From Albugo candida (lineage: Eukaryota): a stretch of 64,000 nt of DNA. The first letter of the stretch is position 1, and each line of letters begins with the position of its first letter. The notes under the pieces were generated by a model. It ran no database searches. It saw nothing but the letters and a program-made list of their open reading frames with translations, and had not been told where the DNA came from. The stretch spans positions 186,001-250,000 of the forward strand of contig JBDOQK010000046.1 of the NCBI GenBank assembly GCA_040437565.1. The letters run 5' to 3'. Below, piece after piece: positions 23,573-35,960 of the stretch. The translations under genes and the position numbers were made by a program.

Positions 23573-25852
23573 CTACAGCTCCTCCTTCTCCTGCGCTGGG
23601 CCATCCGAGTGACTATCTCTGTCTTCATGGTGATGCTCGTGTTTCTTGGTCGCATCAGCTTCATGGCTTTCATGGATACTATTGCGTCCGTCTGGCACAA
23701 TATTATCAGTGTACAGTCCATCTGACGTTGGAAATTGTACTGAGGATGGATACTGCGAACCAAAATGAATCCGGAGCCTCGTCGCGGTCTTCTTTTCCTC
23801 TCCGGGTGGTGCAAAATCGAATGGAGGACTGACACCTATCGCAAGCCGAAGCCGATGATCTTTTTTGAAAATGTACGATATTGGCTCAAAAGTAAGGACT
23901 GCTTCATACACAAAATTTCCTTTGATCTCACGTGCATCTTTCCTTTCGAATGAGTACACAGAACATTTCGAGTGTATTGGCGAATGAATAGGATTCAAAT
24001 GCGCTTCTGTGACATATGTACTTCCAAACCGTTTGTTTTCATTTTTGAACAACGGGGTTTCGTCAATGTCTTCGATATACGCTGCCAGATTGATATGTGG
24101 CTGGTCGACTGAAAAATAAAAGCGAAGGGCGATTTCACCAGTGATTTCCATAAGGGGCAATTTTGATGTTTCAAAAATCAAGTAATCATCTGCAAACTCA
24201 TTTCGATCATGATAGTAATTGGGTCGCATGTTAAAAAGTTGCCCCACCATGTCCCATCGCGACGGAAACGCGTACTTCAAATTCCTTGGAATCGTTAGGT
24301 CAATATGATGATCGACAGGGTTTGTGTCGTCTTGAGGTTCAGATTTCTCCGTCAACGTTGCGTTTGGTTGCAGTTGGAATACTCGATGAGAACTGACATG
24401 TTTGGGAGGCCATACATCAGTGCCTTTCCATTTGTGATGAACGATCGAAAAATAGTGAATTGGTGACTCCTTATGCAATGGCGCAATATTGCGACGATTT
24501 GGATAAAAATGGTAGTCAAAGAAACGACTGATTTCGGCTAAATGCCAAAAGCATTTTTGTTTGGATTCAGCAAAAGGATCAGCATTATCAACTCCAGCGT
24601 GACTCCAGGGTCCAAGTATCAAGCGATATTTAGCCGGGTCAAGTCGTGAAGTGCTCGATCCTTTCTCTTTGATTGGAAGGAGGCTAATTATTTCCTCTGG
24701 TAATGTGTCTGTCATGTATTGATGCAGTCTAATAGCGGACCGAGCGACTCCCATATCATAATATCCAGCAAACGACAGGATTGCTACGTTCGAGGCAGCA
24801 ATGGCAGGTAGATGACGTGCCATATTCATATCAGCCAGCTTGACATTGACATTTTTAAAACGATCATCTCGATAGCGCACATTTCGCAATTCCTCATCCA
24901 GATTTGGATTGCTCGAATGTTCTGCTATGATTAGGTCAAATTTCGTTTTATTTTTGTCAACTGGATGGATATTGCCGCCAAAATATTGCATCATCAGTCT
25001 CGCTTTCATCGTAGGAATTTGTCGCCATCGTATTTGCCGATCTGAATCATGTGTAAAGGAAGCGAAATCTCTGATAGCACGTTCATTCTTTACTCCTCCT
25101 GGGAAAAAAGCATCTTGATATACATCGAGTGGTGATCCATTCAAAGTAATAGCTTTCAACGCGTTGTGCTGGGCACTTGCTAGCAACAAGGCCCCAATAC
25201 CGTCGAATCCATGACCCCAAGCAGCGACTCGTCCGTCTGACCAAGGCTGTTGTATAATCCAATCTATAATTTCACGTCCATCCTCAATTTCTTGCTGGGA
25301 AAAATCGTGTGTCTTCACACCGCCAGAAGCCCCAGATCCACGAACATCTACAGCCACCCAGGCATATCCCGAGGATATGAATCGCTGGATATAAGCATGA
25401 GTACGGGGATTCATGACAGGCGATTTCGAAAAGAGTGTAAACGGGAAATCCAATACGTAACCGCGACCATGTCGAGTGTATTGTATGATTGTCGGCACAC
25501 TATCATTCATATCCATGATGATTTGAGAAACATATGAATCCACAGCGATCGGAGTTCCATCATTCATGTCGACATATTGTGTTTTGTAAGAAATAAAGTC
25601 AGGTTTAAAAAATGGTAAAGAAGTGTATCGAGTGGAATCCCAATGGTTATCGTTGATGCCCGTGGCACATGAGATTGGCGTCTCTCGATTAACTATCCAA
25701 CTTCCTATTTGGCCAGCAAGCATTATAGTGATCATAGAGAATACACTACTCGATAGAAATTTTGATATCTTTGACGAGAAAAACGACGCATTTTGAGGCT
25801 GAGGAAGCGCCGGAAGTGGTGCTCCCCGGTCGGTAGAGGAAGCATCTGTCAT
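23573..25852 (-). CDS. CocE/NonD (peptidase S15) family alpha/beta-hydrolase homologue with N-terminal TM; probable pseudoenzyme, 759 aa
   Basis: Motifs MNDGTPIAVD, GYAWVAVDVRGSGASGG, DGREIIDWIIQQPWSDGRV, FAGYYD, LILGPWSH, and a C-terminal jelly-roll (FEPISYIFKKDHRLRLAI). The nucleophile elbow reads GHGFDG rather than GxSYxG. The protein ends in KEEL. Confidence 0.88.
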   Translation of the reverse strand: MTDASSTDRGAPLPALPQPQNASFFSSKISKFLSSSVFSMITIMLAGQIGSWIVNRETPISCATGINDNHWDSTRYTSLPFFKPDFISYKTQYVDMNDGTPIAVDSYVSQIIMDMNDSVPTIIQYTRHGRGYVLDFPFTLFSKSPVMNPRTHAYIQRFISSGYAWVAVDVRGSGASGGVKTHDFSQQEIEDGREIIDWIIQQPWSDGRVAAWGHGFDGIGALLLASAQHNALKAITLNGSPLDVYQDAFFPGGVKNERAIRDFASFTHDSDRQIRWRQIPTMKARLMMQYFGGNIHPVDKNKTKFDLIIAEHSSNPNLDEELRNVRYRDDRFKNVNVKLADMNMARHLPAIAASNVAILSFAGYYDMGVARSAIRLHQYMTDTLPEEIISLLPIKEKGSSTSRLDPAKYRLILGPWSHAGVDNADPFAESKQKCFWHLAEISRFFDYHFYPNRRNIAPLHKESPIHYFSIVHHKWKGTDVWPPKHVSSHRVFQLQPNATLTEKSEPQDDTNPVDHHIDLTIPRNLKYAFPSRWDMVGQLFNMRPNYYHDRNEFADDYLIFETSKLPLMEITGEIALRFYFSVDQPHINLAAYIEDIDETPLFKNENKRFGSTYVTEAHLNPIHSPIHSKCSVYSFERKDAREIKGNFVYEAVLTFEPISYIFKKDHRLRLAIGVSPPFDFAPPGEEKKTATRLRIHFGSQYPSSVQFPTSDGLYTDNIVPDGRNSIHESHEADATKKHEHHHEDRDSHSDGPAQEKEEL

Positions 25853-26049
25853 GTCAAAATTTGATTATTTAGAACACCCTCCGAAAATGAGTATCTGTAT
25901 GTGAATATATCGATTCTTAAAGGCCACTACATACAATGTGATTTGCTTATTTACGTAATTTAAACCAATTGAATGGCACTTCAATCGAATTTTCCTTGCT
26001 CGCATTTGCCTTCTTATCGTTCAACAGTTTTGATTGTAGACGATTTCGT

Positions 26050-28786
26050 ATGGATACACCGAATTCACATGGACTGTACAGTGCACTTTCACACTCGAAT
26101 GCATCATCATCTTTTCAGTGCTTTGCTGGTAAGATCTTTTGTCGTAGTCTCTCGTTAGGAGATTGGCGATAATAACTGTACAATTTCTTTGTGTTGTAGC
26201 AGGAAGAGCAAAGACTGATCAGGTTTTATTAGAATTTCTGTACAAAACTGCTGAAGTGATACTTCAATCTCGTTTGAATGGCGAGCTACAACATGAATTC
26301 GTGTCAAGAAGCAATCGCCGCGCACGCGTAAGGAGGCTTCTATCGTAAATTGGAAATTCATTTAGAGCTCTTGAAACTTGTAGTTCAATTTGGATATCGA
26401 AGAGCTTTCGTCTGTGCGTGACGCTATGCTACCTTGGAAAGAAAATGTTCATTTACCGCTAGTAATCGATATATTCTACGATGGAGCAGAGCAGAGTCGT
26501 ATCCACCTGGAACGATGGACGGTTATCTATATGGAAAAACCTATAATGAATGAGAATAATGCAGCATATCACGAAAATGCACATCTCAATGAGGACGTTT
26601 TGAAAGGATTACGAGAAGTCTGCAAAAAGGCAGCTATGCTTCTTCGCGCGTTGTATTCACTTATGCGGCAGCTTCCGCTACACCGACTCCATTTTGCGTC
26701 ATACCCGCCTTGTTTGAGTTATCGATTACATAGTACAGACGATACAGATCAGTTGATTAGTAAAATCGACGAGACACAGCAAGGATCTTTTGGAACGACG
26801 GAATCAGTCCGGCGGTACGCATTTTTGCCCATCTCAACGCCATTCGGATGCTTAGAAGTGACAGGATTGTATCGCGTTGACATAGTGGAATCTTTGATTG
26901 CTCTTAAAGACCTCAATTGTTCTCCAAAGATACTGTTCCAACCGGATGTAATCATTCAAGATTACGTGTCACCATCCGGTATGAGCGGTCGGATGCAACA
27001 AAGTGAAGAAAGTCATCGAAGTCGAACCAATACTTTGGACGAAAAGCAGGAGAGCATCAAGCAACCCCCCGAAGAAGAGGAACGAAAGGACGGACCCTCA
27101 TTGCAACACGGCTCTATTGAGCGAAGGCTGTGCTCGGAGAATTTGACACCACGGTCCCCTCGTCGTTCTTTGCCAAAGACTATTTCACAACCGATGGCAA
27201 TTCCAGTCAGAAATGGCGCAGGAGGTAACTTAGAAATCCAACATCTATCCAGCCCAAGTCAATCAAGACTGGTTAGTGGAGGGCCAGAAAATGACCTCAT
27301 ATCTTTGACGGAAAATCCTACTCATCCACGCTCGTTTGATGAATGCAATCGTTATCAAGAGGCTAATGTAAATATTGTTGCTGCTCCATTCGGGTATAAA
27401 AATGTCGCAGTCCACGACGCTCGTCCATCCATTGGTTCAAGCCAAAGCTCAGGTAACTCCAGTGTTAGTCACTGGAACAACAGAGGCGCCAATATCTACG
27501 GTATCAAAGAAGCTCCACAGCCAAAATCCACACCTCCTATTCATCCAAGCTCGCTTACTGGGCCACGCATTGCTCGAAGAAGAACCTTTACGCCATCACT
27601 AGATTCAGCAGGCCAAGTGGGTGGCGCGCTGGAAAATTTCTCGTTAGACTCTGAACTTCATGCAACATCAAACTTGCGATATGCTCAAACGCATACGTCG
27701 TCCAACATGTCGCCAACTTCTGCCAATTTAATGGATCATGTACGCGTTCTTACTGAGAAAACGGAAAAAACACGTCAAGACAAAGACGAGGGACGAAGAT
27801 CAAGCAACTCGACGATGACGACCCCACCATTTTCCTGCCTTGACTCACCATGCGACGTGAACGATAGCTACGATGAAGCTACAACCATTGTCAGGAGCGC
27901 CTGCGATAAAGATTGCATCGACAACACCTGTGCCACTCAAAAGAGCCCTCCCTTCCGAGCTAATCCATGCGAACTGTACACTACACCAGGCTTTACCTAC
28001 CGTCCACATGATCAGGCCTTTGTGGCACGTACGGATCAATACCAACCGAATCGGCGGGAAGTGAATACTCAAACATTGACTTCAAAGGACCATCAACATT
28101 CCAAGCACACACATCACTCAAAATTCCGTGTGAATTATCGCAGCAAACGATTCAGTACTGATGTATTCGATCAGCAATCATTTCGTTGGGGGATTTCTTC
28201 ACCTGATTCAGCAGAGACATTTCATTTGGTGCTGCCATTGGGTCGTGAGAAACAAGAGCAAAATAGCGAAACCTTTCAAGCAAATGCGATCATGTCGTAC
28301 GAAGCAGAAGACCACGATCTTCCATTTGCTATTAGCGACACTGGTTCTTTCCTGTCGACGGAGAAATTGACGGACGAAAATGTAGCTTTTCACACGGACA
28401 ATGGAGGTCAACATGCAAGTATCAACGAAGCAGACAATAGCAATCATGAAACAATCATGCTGAGATCCAGCGCGTCACAAGCCGAGTGGAAAACCACTGT
28501 GTCTGTAAGCAAATTTCTCCATCAACTAAATCATGCACCCAACCTGGAAATTTGTATCACCACGAGTCAAGACCGGGAAGTGGCGTTGCCTCTGATACAA
28601 GCATCATCGGCAGCCTCACAACAAATTGACAATGTTGCAGTTGGTAACATTGAAAGTGATAAGGCGAGTGGCATAATGGATTTATATAATGATGAATTGA
28701 ATGCATTCAAGAAATTACGAGACGATTTGACGTCTCAGTTGGGGTATGAAACCAATCCGTCGGAGACTTCTCGTCCATCAAAATAA
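26050..28786 (+). CDS. ATG13: Autophagy-related protein 13 (HORMA domain plus long disordered tail), three exons
   Basis: HORMA motifs: KTDQVLLEFLYKTAEVILQSR, FNLDIEE, PLVIDIF, LERW, KKAAMLLRALYSLMRQLP, ISTPFGCL; DLPFA lies near the C-terminus. Introns 26129-26199 (or -26202, NAGNAG) and 26328-26383 are both in frame. Confidence 0.88.
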
Positions 28787-28842
28787 GCAAACAAGGGATG
28801 AGTACAATGGCCTCAATTATCTCATACAATAGCGACTTATCG

Positions 28843-29452
28843 TCACGCCTGCGTCATGCCTTCTGGTTCTACCTGCGATATATCCGTTGATGATGTGGTT
28901 CGAGCTTGCTTCCGATGTGTATATCTATCTTGTGCCGTACGTTTCCGTCTCTGTTTTCGCGACTTTTTGGCTTCATCTTTCCATCGAAGATATGATTCTG
29001 TACGTGCATTTACCATTACGTTTTGGATCCAAGCAGATTCAGCTCCCCATTGATCGACTAAAAGCTCTTGAACCAGTTTTGGAGTGAGAAGATTAAGTTC
29101 AGTAAACCCTCGACAAGCGCATCCATCGACTTGTTTTCGACCGATCACGTCAATAAATCGATCGATACATGGCTACCAGGAAAGCTACATTTGATGACCA
29201 CGAGCGCTTACGAGAAATTGAGATTTTATATACCTCGTTGCGTGCGTTGGTATCGATTGGGTCCATTTGATAGCGCGATAATAACGCATCCACTTGAGAA
29301 GCAGACGGTGCGGCAAGAAAGAGTAGCAACAGGGTACCTTGGCTTATCAGTCTTCCATTAGCAATTTCAGTCTGCTGAAGCCACGAGCGCAGCGTGCGTA
29401 AGTAAGCAGCGCGATCACGAAAATGATCAATTCTGATAAGTACGATTTCCAT
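28843..29452 (-). CDS. RWDD3/RWDD2 C-terminal (DUF1115-like) domain protein without an RWD domain, ~182 aa, two exons
   Basis: IRIDHFRDRAAYLRTLRSW...GRLISQGTLLLLFL...IDTNARNE|PCIDRFIDVI parallels RWDD3 (LHLDHMR..KY...W..TGRL..VDVDSSGKKCKEKMISV). The 61-nt intron is 29233-29173 (GTATAT...GGTAG). Confidence 0.75.
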
Positions 29453-31899
29453 ATCGCTTGAATTGGTGCAATTCTTAACCAATCGATAGCCGCAGTGTCT
29501 GTTTTATTTTTACATTTGCTATTTTGTCGGAGCAGATGAGCTAATCAGAGCTATTGCTATGTATATAAGCGGCGCTGGATGGAAAAGTGTCCACTCAGTG
29601 TTTAACAAGACTTCAATATGATCAGTGCTAGCTAGTACTGGAAGAAGGTTAGTCTGATGAAGCTTGCTAGATTCTGCCTCCTATTTTATCGCACTTGCCG
29701 AAGGCAGGCGAGCGTACTGAGAGCGTAATACATCGCAATGTTTCAAAATGCAAGTGTGGCATCGGAGTATCGATTCTTGGCTACGAAAAGAAGCCAGCAT
29801 GATTCAAACGCTTGTTAAATTCATTGCGGATGTTTATCATCGTAGGATACGTACATCGGCCTGGGAAAGTGTCCCAACGGATCCTGCATTCCCGTCAAAG
29901 ATCTGTCCATCGGGTTCTCTATGCACGCTAGTGTTTTGTCTCGTACGTTACAAACATTCTCAGACTTCGCCGAGTTACCAGGAACAAAATCAATCTCATC
30001 CCGTTTTAGTTTGTAATCTGGTTGCATGCTTTGTCGATGCTTTAATTTGTACTCCTTAGCCATCCGATACATAGCACATCGAACTCACGATGAGCTCGAT
30101 GAAAATCTTTGAAACATACCATTTTTGATCGTGAACTTAAGTAGTCTTTTTTGTTCGTCTTAAAGAGGGACGGCTTACTATTGCTCCTTTCAATTTCATC
30201 AAGCAAACGCGAACGGCACTTCAATATGGCCTTGATCGGTGGAGCAATATCAATCAACCTTACAAATTTTTCATCATCATTTACAATTTAGAATTGGCAG
30301 CTCAAATCAGTATCTTTTTCTTTTATCCACAAAATGCACGCAAGTAGGCCTGCACCGTTTAAGCAATAAATTAAGTCTAAATTCAAGCAGCACGCATTCA
30401 CGCGAATCGAATCACCGTAGATTTTTATTCAGCTGAAGCCAGAAGCTGCATACAAGTAACATCTCGAGCTGCCTAAATACAATTAATGTACTCTCAATGG
30501 CCCGTAGGCTACTTGGTCATCAGTAGCTTATAGAGCGCAGATTGCACTGCTCTAGATGCTCGATAACAGCAGCCATGACTGCTCGTAAATTGATTATGGG
30601 CACAATTGACATGGACTATACTCATATTGTCTGGAAATGCTATGATCAATGCCAAGGTCTAGAAATCTGAAACTGATCTCGCTAGGGACAAAAATGGAAG
30701 GGTAATGTACCACACGTAATAAGCTGAGTTAACAGCGATCATTTTGAGAAGCGAACGAAAAGAGCCCCACGCATCAGATATGATATCCCCAAAAAGTGTG
30801 CCTTATTATGTGATTATTGGCGACGCACCATCTCAAGATGATTAGGCATAGATTCAGACGCCCAAAACGCATGTTTTTGATTTTGAAGGCCCGAGTCAGT
30901 TTCCATATCTTTTATTCTACTGTCGCGTTGGAGTTTAAATCCGGCACGGCGGGATTGAATTACACAAAATTTATGTGATATTCGAGGCTAATCTGCAAAC
31001 CCTGTTTGAGTAAATTTGGATAACGTGTAGCTTTCCCAGCCTTAGGCCGGAATTTTGTCAATACTTCTATTGTTTGTGCTGTTTCGGCTACTTTTTAGAC
31101 ACCTCTACGCATACATTCATCCCTTCAAAAAAGTTTTTCTTTGCGTTTCTGTCAAGTATCAGAGTCGTCAAATGTGTCTGGTAGATATGCAACTGCGAAA
31201 CGAATTGCTCTCAATCCTGCAGTCGAGGATAGAGCCATAACCTCCGGTAGGAAAGCGACTCCAATGATGATCCAAAGGAAGTCGAAAAAAGAAGAGATTT
31301 CCACCACCTATATGTGCTATGCTCACACATTCAAGAAGTTGAAGCTTGAGTTATTCGGAATTGATATTGAGCTAAAGATTCGAGAACCAAAGCCAAGCTT
31401 TATAGCATAGACAATGAATTCATGCGGTTGAGCATCCTTTTCTGAGAATGGCTTCTTGCATATAAGCCATACAGTGAGGGTTTGGTATGGGTGGAGATGG
31501 CATATTTATGAAGACTTCCGTCAGTGGGATACTCCTTGTAGCGTGATTCCGAAATGGAAACAGCGACATTCAGATTATCGGACCTGGGCACGTATCGATG
31601 AAGAATGATGCTAACTGGATCTGATTTTCAAGTTCCTACTCTCCCACCTCCAGCCAGCTCCAGCATTAAAGATATCGGATAGCCACAAGGGACTGATGAA
31701 AGCTATGCATACAGCGGCACAAGACGTTCAAATTTTATTTGATTTCTCGGCATTGGATGGAGAATATTCACAAGAGCTACAAGTACCAGATGTTAAGGAA
31801 TTTGACTTGGATTTAGGCTCTCTCACAGGGAACGTTGGGGTACGCGAAGGCGTCAGCTAATATTGTTTAGTTTGGATAGCAGTGCGTCTGTATGGTTCC

Positions 31900-32590
31900 A
31901 GGGGGGTGGCCGCGAAAATTGTCTACTTACTCACCATTACCAGGATACAGCATTTCGACACCAATAAGGTGGAAGCGATAAATAGTGTGTTGATGGGAAT
32001 TCGGAGTCTTTCTATCATCGACCACCTAATGGGGATCGAGCGTTACATGCAAGTAAAATGAGAATATTATCAAAGCGAAAGGTTGCGAAGTACTAACTTC
32101 ATGTGCAGCGTGCAAGGAGGGTAAAATAATGGCTGCCGCAAAGCGGGTGAAATTGATGATTGCTCGATCTCTTGCTAGATCGTCGCAACTCGCTCAGGGG
32201 TGGGGAATATCCCGGTGAATTTGCAGTTCAATTTCGTGATAAAGTTGTTCGTGCTCACGTGTTTCCTTCGGCGATCTTGTCTTGCATGTATAACTAGCAC
32301 TAAAGCATCTGGAAAAGTGCCCAAGAAGGAAACGCATTTTAATGACTCCTAAAAATCATCGACGTTTGCGACTCTCTATTCTGCGAGATCTAAAGGCAGC
32401 ATAATGCCACTCATGCTAAAAGATGCCCATACAAGAGATGTGTGCAACACTTTCCATTTTGAAAAAAACAGGGCGTCCACAAAAGAAGCGCTTTACATCG
32501 CAACAAGCTACGGAGGAAATGAAATAGTGCCAAACGATAATACGTGGAATATGCAACCCTTTTGGTCACCAACGTAGGACCTGTGCGATA
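31900..32590 (+). pseudogene. Degenerate MULE transposase C-terminal remnant
   Basis: TNKVEAINSVLMGIRSLSIIDHLMGIERYM is homologous to 19690-19790, and the knuckle GICNPFGHQRRTC lies at about 32545-32585. Confidence 0.6.
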
Positions 32591-32824
32591 AGGACGCATA
32601 GTTGCATGCTTCGTTATCTGCACCACATAGTGCATTTTCGATCAGAGTTTTTTCATCAAAGACTGGTTTATCCTCGTTATATTTCTGGGAACGTGCATGT
32701 CCGTACGTATACTACACATCTTTGGTATATTTTTTGTATTCCCTTTTTTTCTAATCCATCGGTATACTTTTTAATCTTATAATAGCTTGGTCTTTTTTTT
32801 CCAGGTTTGGTATCCCCTAAAATA

Positions 32825-35220
32825 AAGGTCCCCACAACTTTTTTTTTCAAATTACATCATGCTTAGTTAAATTATTACTCCCAAAATTTTTCTCTTTCGA
32901 AAACAAAATAAAGATTTTTACATTTCTGATTAATTACATCCAAACATACCCTAGATTTTTGCTCCCACAACTTCAACAGAGATATTATTTTTGATTGCCT
33001 TATAAACAACTGTGATCGACTAATACAACTAACATTTTCCACTCGACACAGTCTACTCTAAATTTCTCTATGCAGCATTTGACTTCTCCATGTAAAATTC
33101 ACATCAAACTTTACACATTTTCATTTTATAAGCTACCTACAAGATTGCAATATGCTTCCCCACCAGCTCACCAAACCTACAACACATTTGAGGTGCTCTT
33201 CAAAGCTGTACAAGATTTCGCATTCATTGAAGTCTATGCATTGGCTATAAAGAGCTCTGCAAAAAATCCACGATACTACATAAAATGCAACTTAGGAGGG
33301 ACATACGATAGAAGATAAGATTCAATCATTAAGAGAGGACTTGAAGCACAAAATTTCAAATTTACTGATACAAAAATACAAACAAGTCAAACCTTACTCA
33401 GAAGAATCGACAGCGCCGAACTTCCACTAAGTTGATTGACTGCCGGTTTTTGTTATACGGTACAATATATAAACATATTTCAAAATGAAGATTGCTTGTG
33501 GAGAATGGTGAACATAACAATGAACAATCAAAAAATATTGCTAGGCATCCAATAGCACGAGGACTTACTATTGAGGCAAAAAATACCATCTAAAGGACCC
33601 TCTAGTCTGGAGCTAGACCTCGTGAGGCGAGAAATGCTCTTGAACCGCAAGATTCATCAAATAGAGCTAGCATGAGGGACATTTAGTCCTGAAGCAGACT
33701 CAGAAAGCTGTGCACTAGAGAAATATTTAGAATGTGATATCATTCTAATCCTTTTGATTTCCAGGATAAGTTGCAAAATCAGTCCCTCAATGGCAGAAAT
33801 AAAACCGCAGCACTACTTGAGGAAGTCAAGGAAGACCAATTCATCTCTCCAACTCAGTGCAGCGATGACAACAATCTGACTCATCATTTTTTGTACTAAT
33901 GCAAAGTCTATCAAATCGAGACGACGCTTTTCTTCTGTTTTGTTCTTGGAGTGCACACACAAGACTCCCACCGAAGGAGCATCAGGAAGACTACATATGG
34001 GCGCTCAACCAGATCAAAAGTATCTATAATGGGGTATCGTCTTCGAAGGTAATAATCACAGATCGTGAGCTTGCGCTAGTAAGGGCTGTCCAGGAAGAAC
34101 TCCCAACAATCAAGCATCTTATTTTGTCGTTGGCATATTGAAAAAATGTGCAGTCAAAATGCAAGAGCAAATTTGAGACTACAAAAGAATTTGATGACTT
34201 TATGAGTGATCGGTCACAGCGCAGCAATCCTGAAACTCAAGGAACGATTTGAAACAGCACGGACACACTTTTACCCTCACCTTGGAATTATTAACACATC
34301 ACGAGTGAAAGGAGCACATACTACAATCAAAAGATGGTTTAAGGTGTCAACAATGGATCTACGCGATGTAAAGACGAACTTAAGTAATTGTCTACAACAG
34401 CAATGGAGAATTCGAACAGCAGTTGCAGCAGCAGAGACTCGAGTTTACCATGATCTGAATGGTAGGATATATTATGGTGTAGTGGGTAAGGTGTCTCGCT
34501 TTCCTCTGAGGAAAATAAATATCAAATCAAGGAGATTTTGGCTGGCAGGATCTTGCACGTATGATTTTGAAGCAATTTATGGTCTACCCTGCTAGCACTC
34601 GCTTTCCAAAAAATAGTAATGATCGAACTCTCTTACCAGCTGACATCTACCAACAATGGCACCTTTCAAAAGATCGAATCAACAGTCTCTGAGGATGCTG
34701 AAGAAGATCCAGAGACTGGGATGGAGAATCTAGGAAATTTTGCAGCAACTTGAAACAACTTACCAAGGCTTGAATTCCAGTGAGCAGTAGAAATGGAGGA
34801 AACTTATGCAGATGCCAATTCAGAGATCAGAGCAGCATATCCGCCCTGTTCCATATTTAAGCAGCGAGGAAGACCAGAAGGATCACAGTAGCCTTCTCAG
34901 AATGTAGCTTTCATAAAACGAGATCTGTCAGCATTTGAGACTAAGACAGGGAAAATGCAGGTACAGCAACAGCGAAAAAAAGCGCCCATAACAAGCGGTC
35001 TTGTAGAATCTCAGTTTCGAACTCAGATCCAAGACAAGCTTGAGTAGAAAACTGAGTTTTTCTCTTCATTTCAAATTACATTCTATTTTCGTTGCTGGTA
35101 TATAATAATTGATATTGTGACTGAAATTGTGGAAGCAACAATTCAGGGTGTGTTTGTATGTTATTAGTTAGAAATATAAATTATTTATTTATCAAAAAAG
35201 TTGTGGCAGTATTATTTAAA
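32825..35220 (+). mobile_element. Decayed MULE (FAR1-type transposase, 'family B') with TIRs
   Basis: Fragments IITDRELAL, CRWHIEKNV-like and TSRVKGAHTTIKRW. Bases 32860-32980 are inverted relative to 35120-35220. A paralogous copy lies at 53780-55620. Confidence 0.8.
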
Positions 35221-35361
35221 GGAATTGTTAAATTCACTCCCTTTTAAGTCACGTGACCCACATTATTATACTTTAGAAGCCGACACCGAGGTCGATTCAC
35301 TGGCGTCCACTTCCGAATGTTCCCAACCCACATCGATTCCGTATTAACTCAACGGAACGAT

Positions 35362-35960
35362 CGAACATGGCTATATCAATGTGTATCCAAGAAGTACTAT
35401 GGATGAAATCGCTACTGTTAGGAATGGGTAATATGATACAAGACCCAGTCAGTATTTATTTCGACAGTCAAAGTGCGATTGCAATGGCGAACAATGATGG
35501 ATATCAAAGCCGTGCAAAGCACATAGATATCCGATATCATTTCATTCGAGAGCACATTAAATCCGGCGACATCAAGCTGAATTATTTACCAACCAAACAA
35601 CAGCTTGCTGATTTCTTAACAAAAGCTATAGCGACCAAGCAATTCCATAGACTTGTCCAGCTGTCACATATTGGGATATGCAAGTCGAGGGGGAGTGTTA
35701 AAGATAAGATACCACATCTTATGTGGTACACATAGTATTACATGGATACCACCTAGAATGTTCCAGATCAGTCTAGAATATCTGTTCAGCAACGGAAGAA
35801 TTCATAACTCTTTCTACATAACTGTCGGAAGAAATTCGTAGATCTTTCTACATAACTGTCGAGAGAATTTCTAGGAAAAGACTTATAATAGCGACTAGCG
35901 AACTAAGGATCTCTAAGAGCGACTACGTCTGTTGTGGCCCATTATTCTATATTCCCCACA
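35362..35960 (+). mobile_element. Ty1/copia 3' fragment: RNase H, polypurine tract and 3' LTR
   Basis: DSQSAIAMANN...RAKHIDIRYHFIRE...QQLADFLTKA. PPT GAGGGGGAG (35687-95) is followed by an LTR TGTT...CCACA (35696-35960) containing an internal ~34-bp repeat. Confidence 0.85.

Noticed and set aside
29750-30450. Short minus-strand ORFs that might be a decayed gene
   Set aside because: Stops and frameshifts, no recognisable motif and no supportable splice model.
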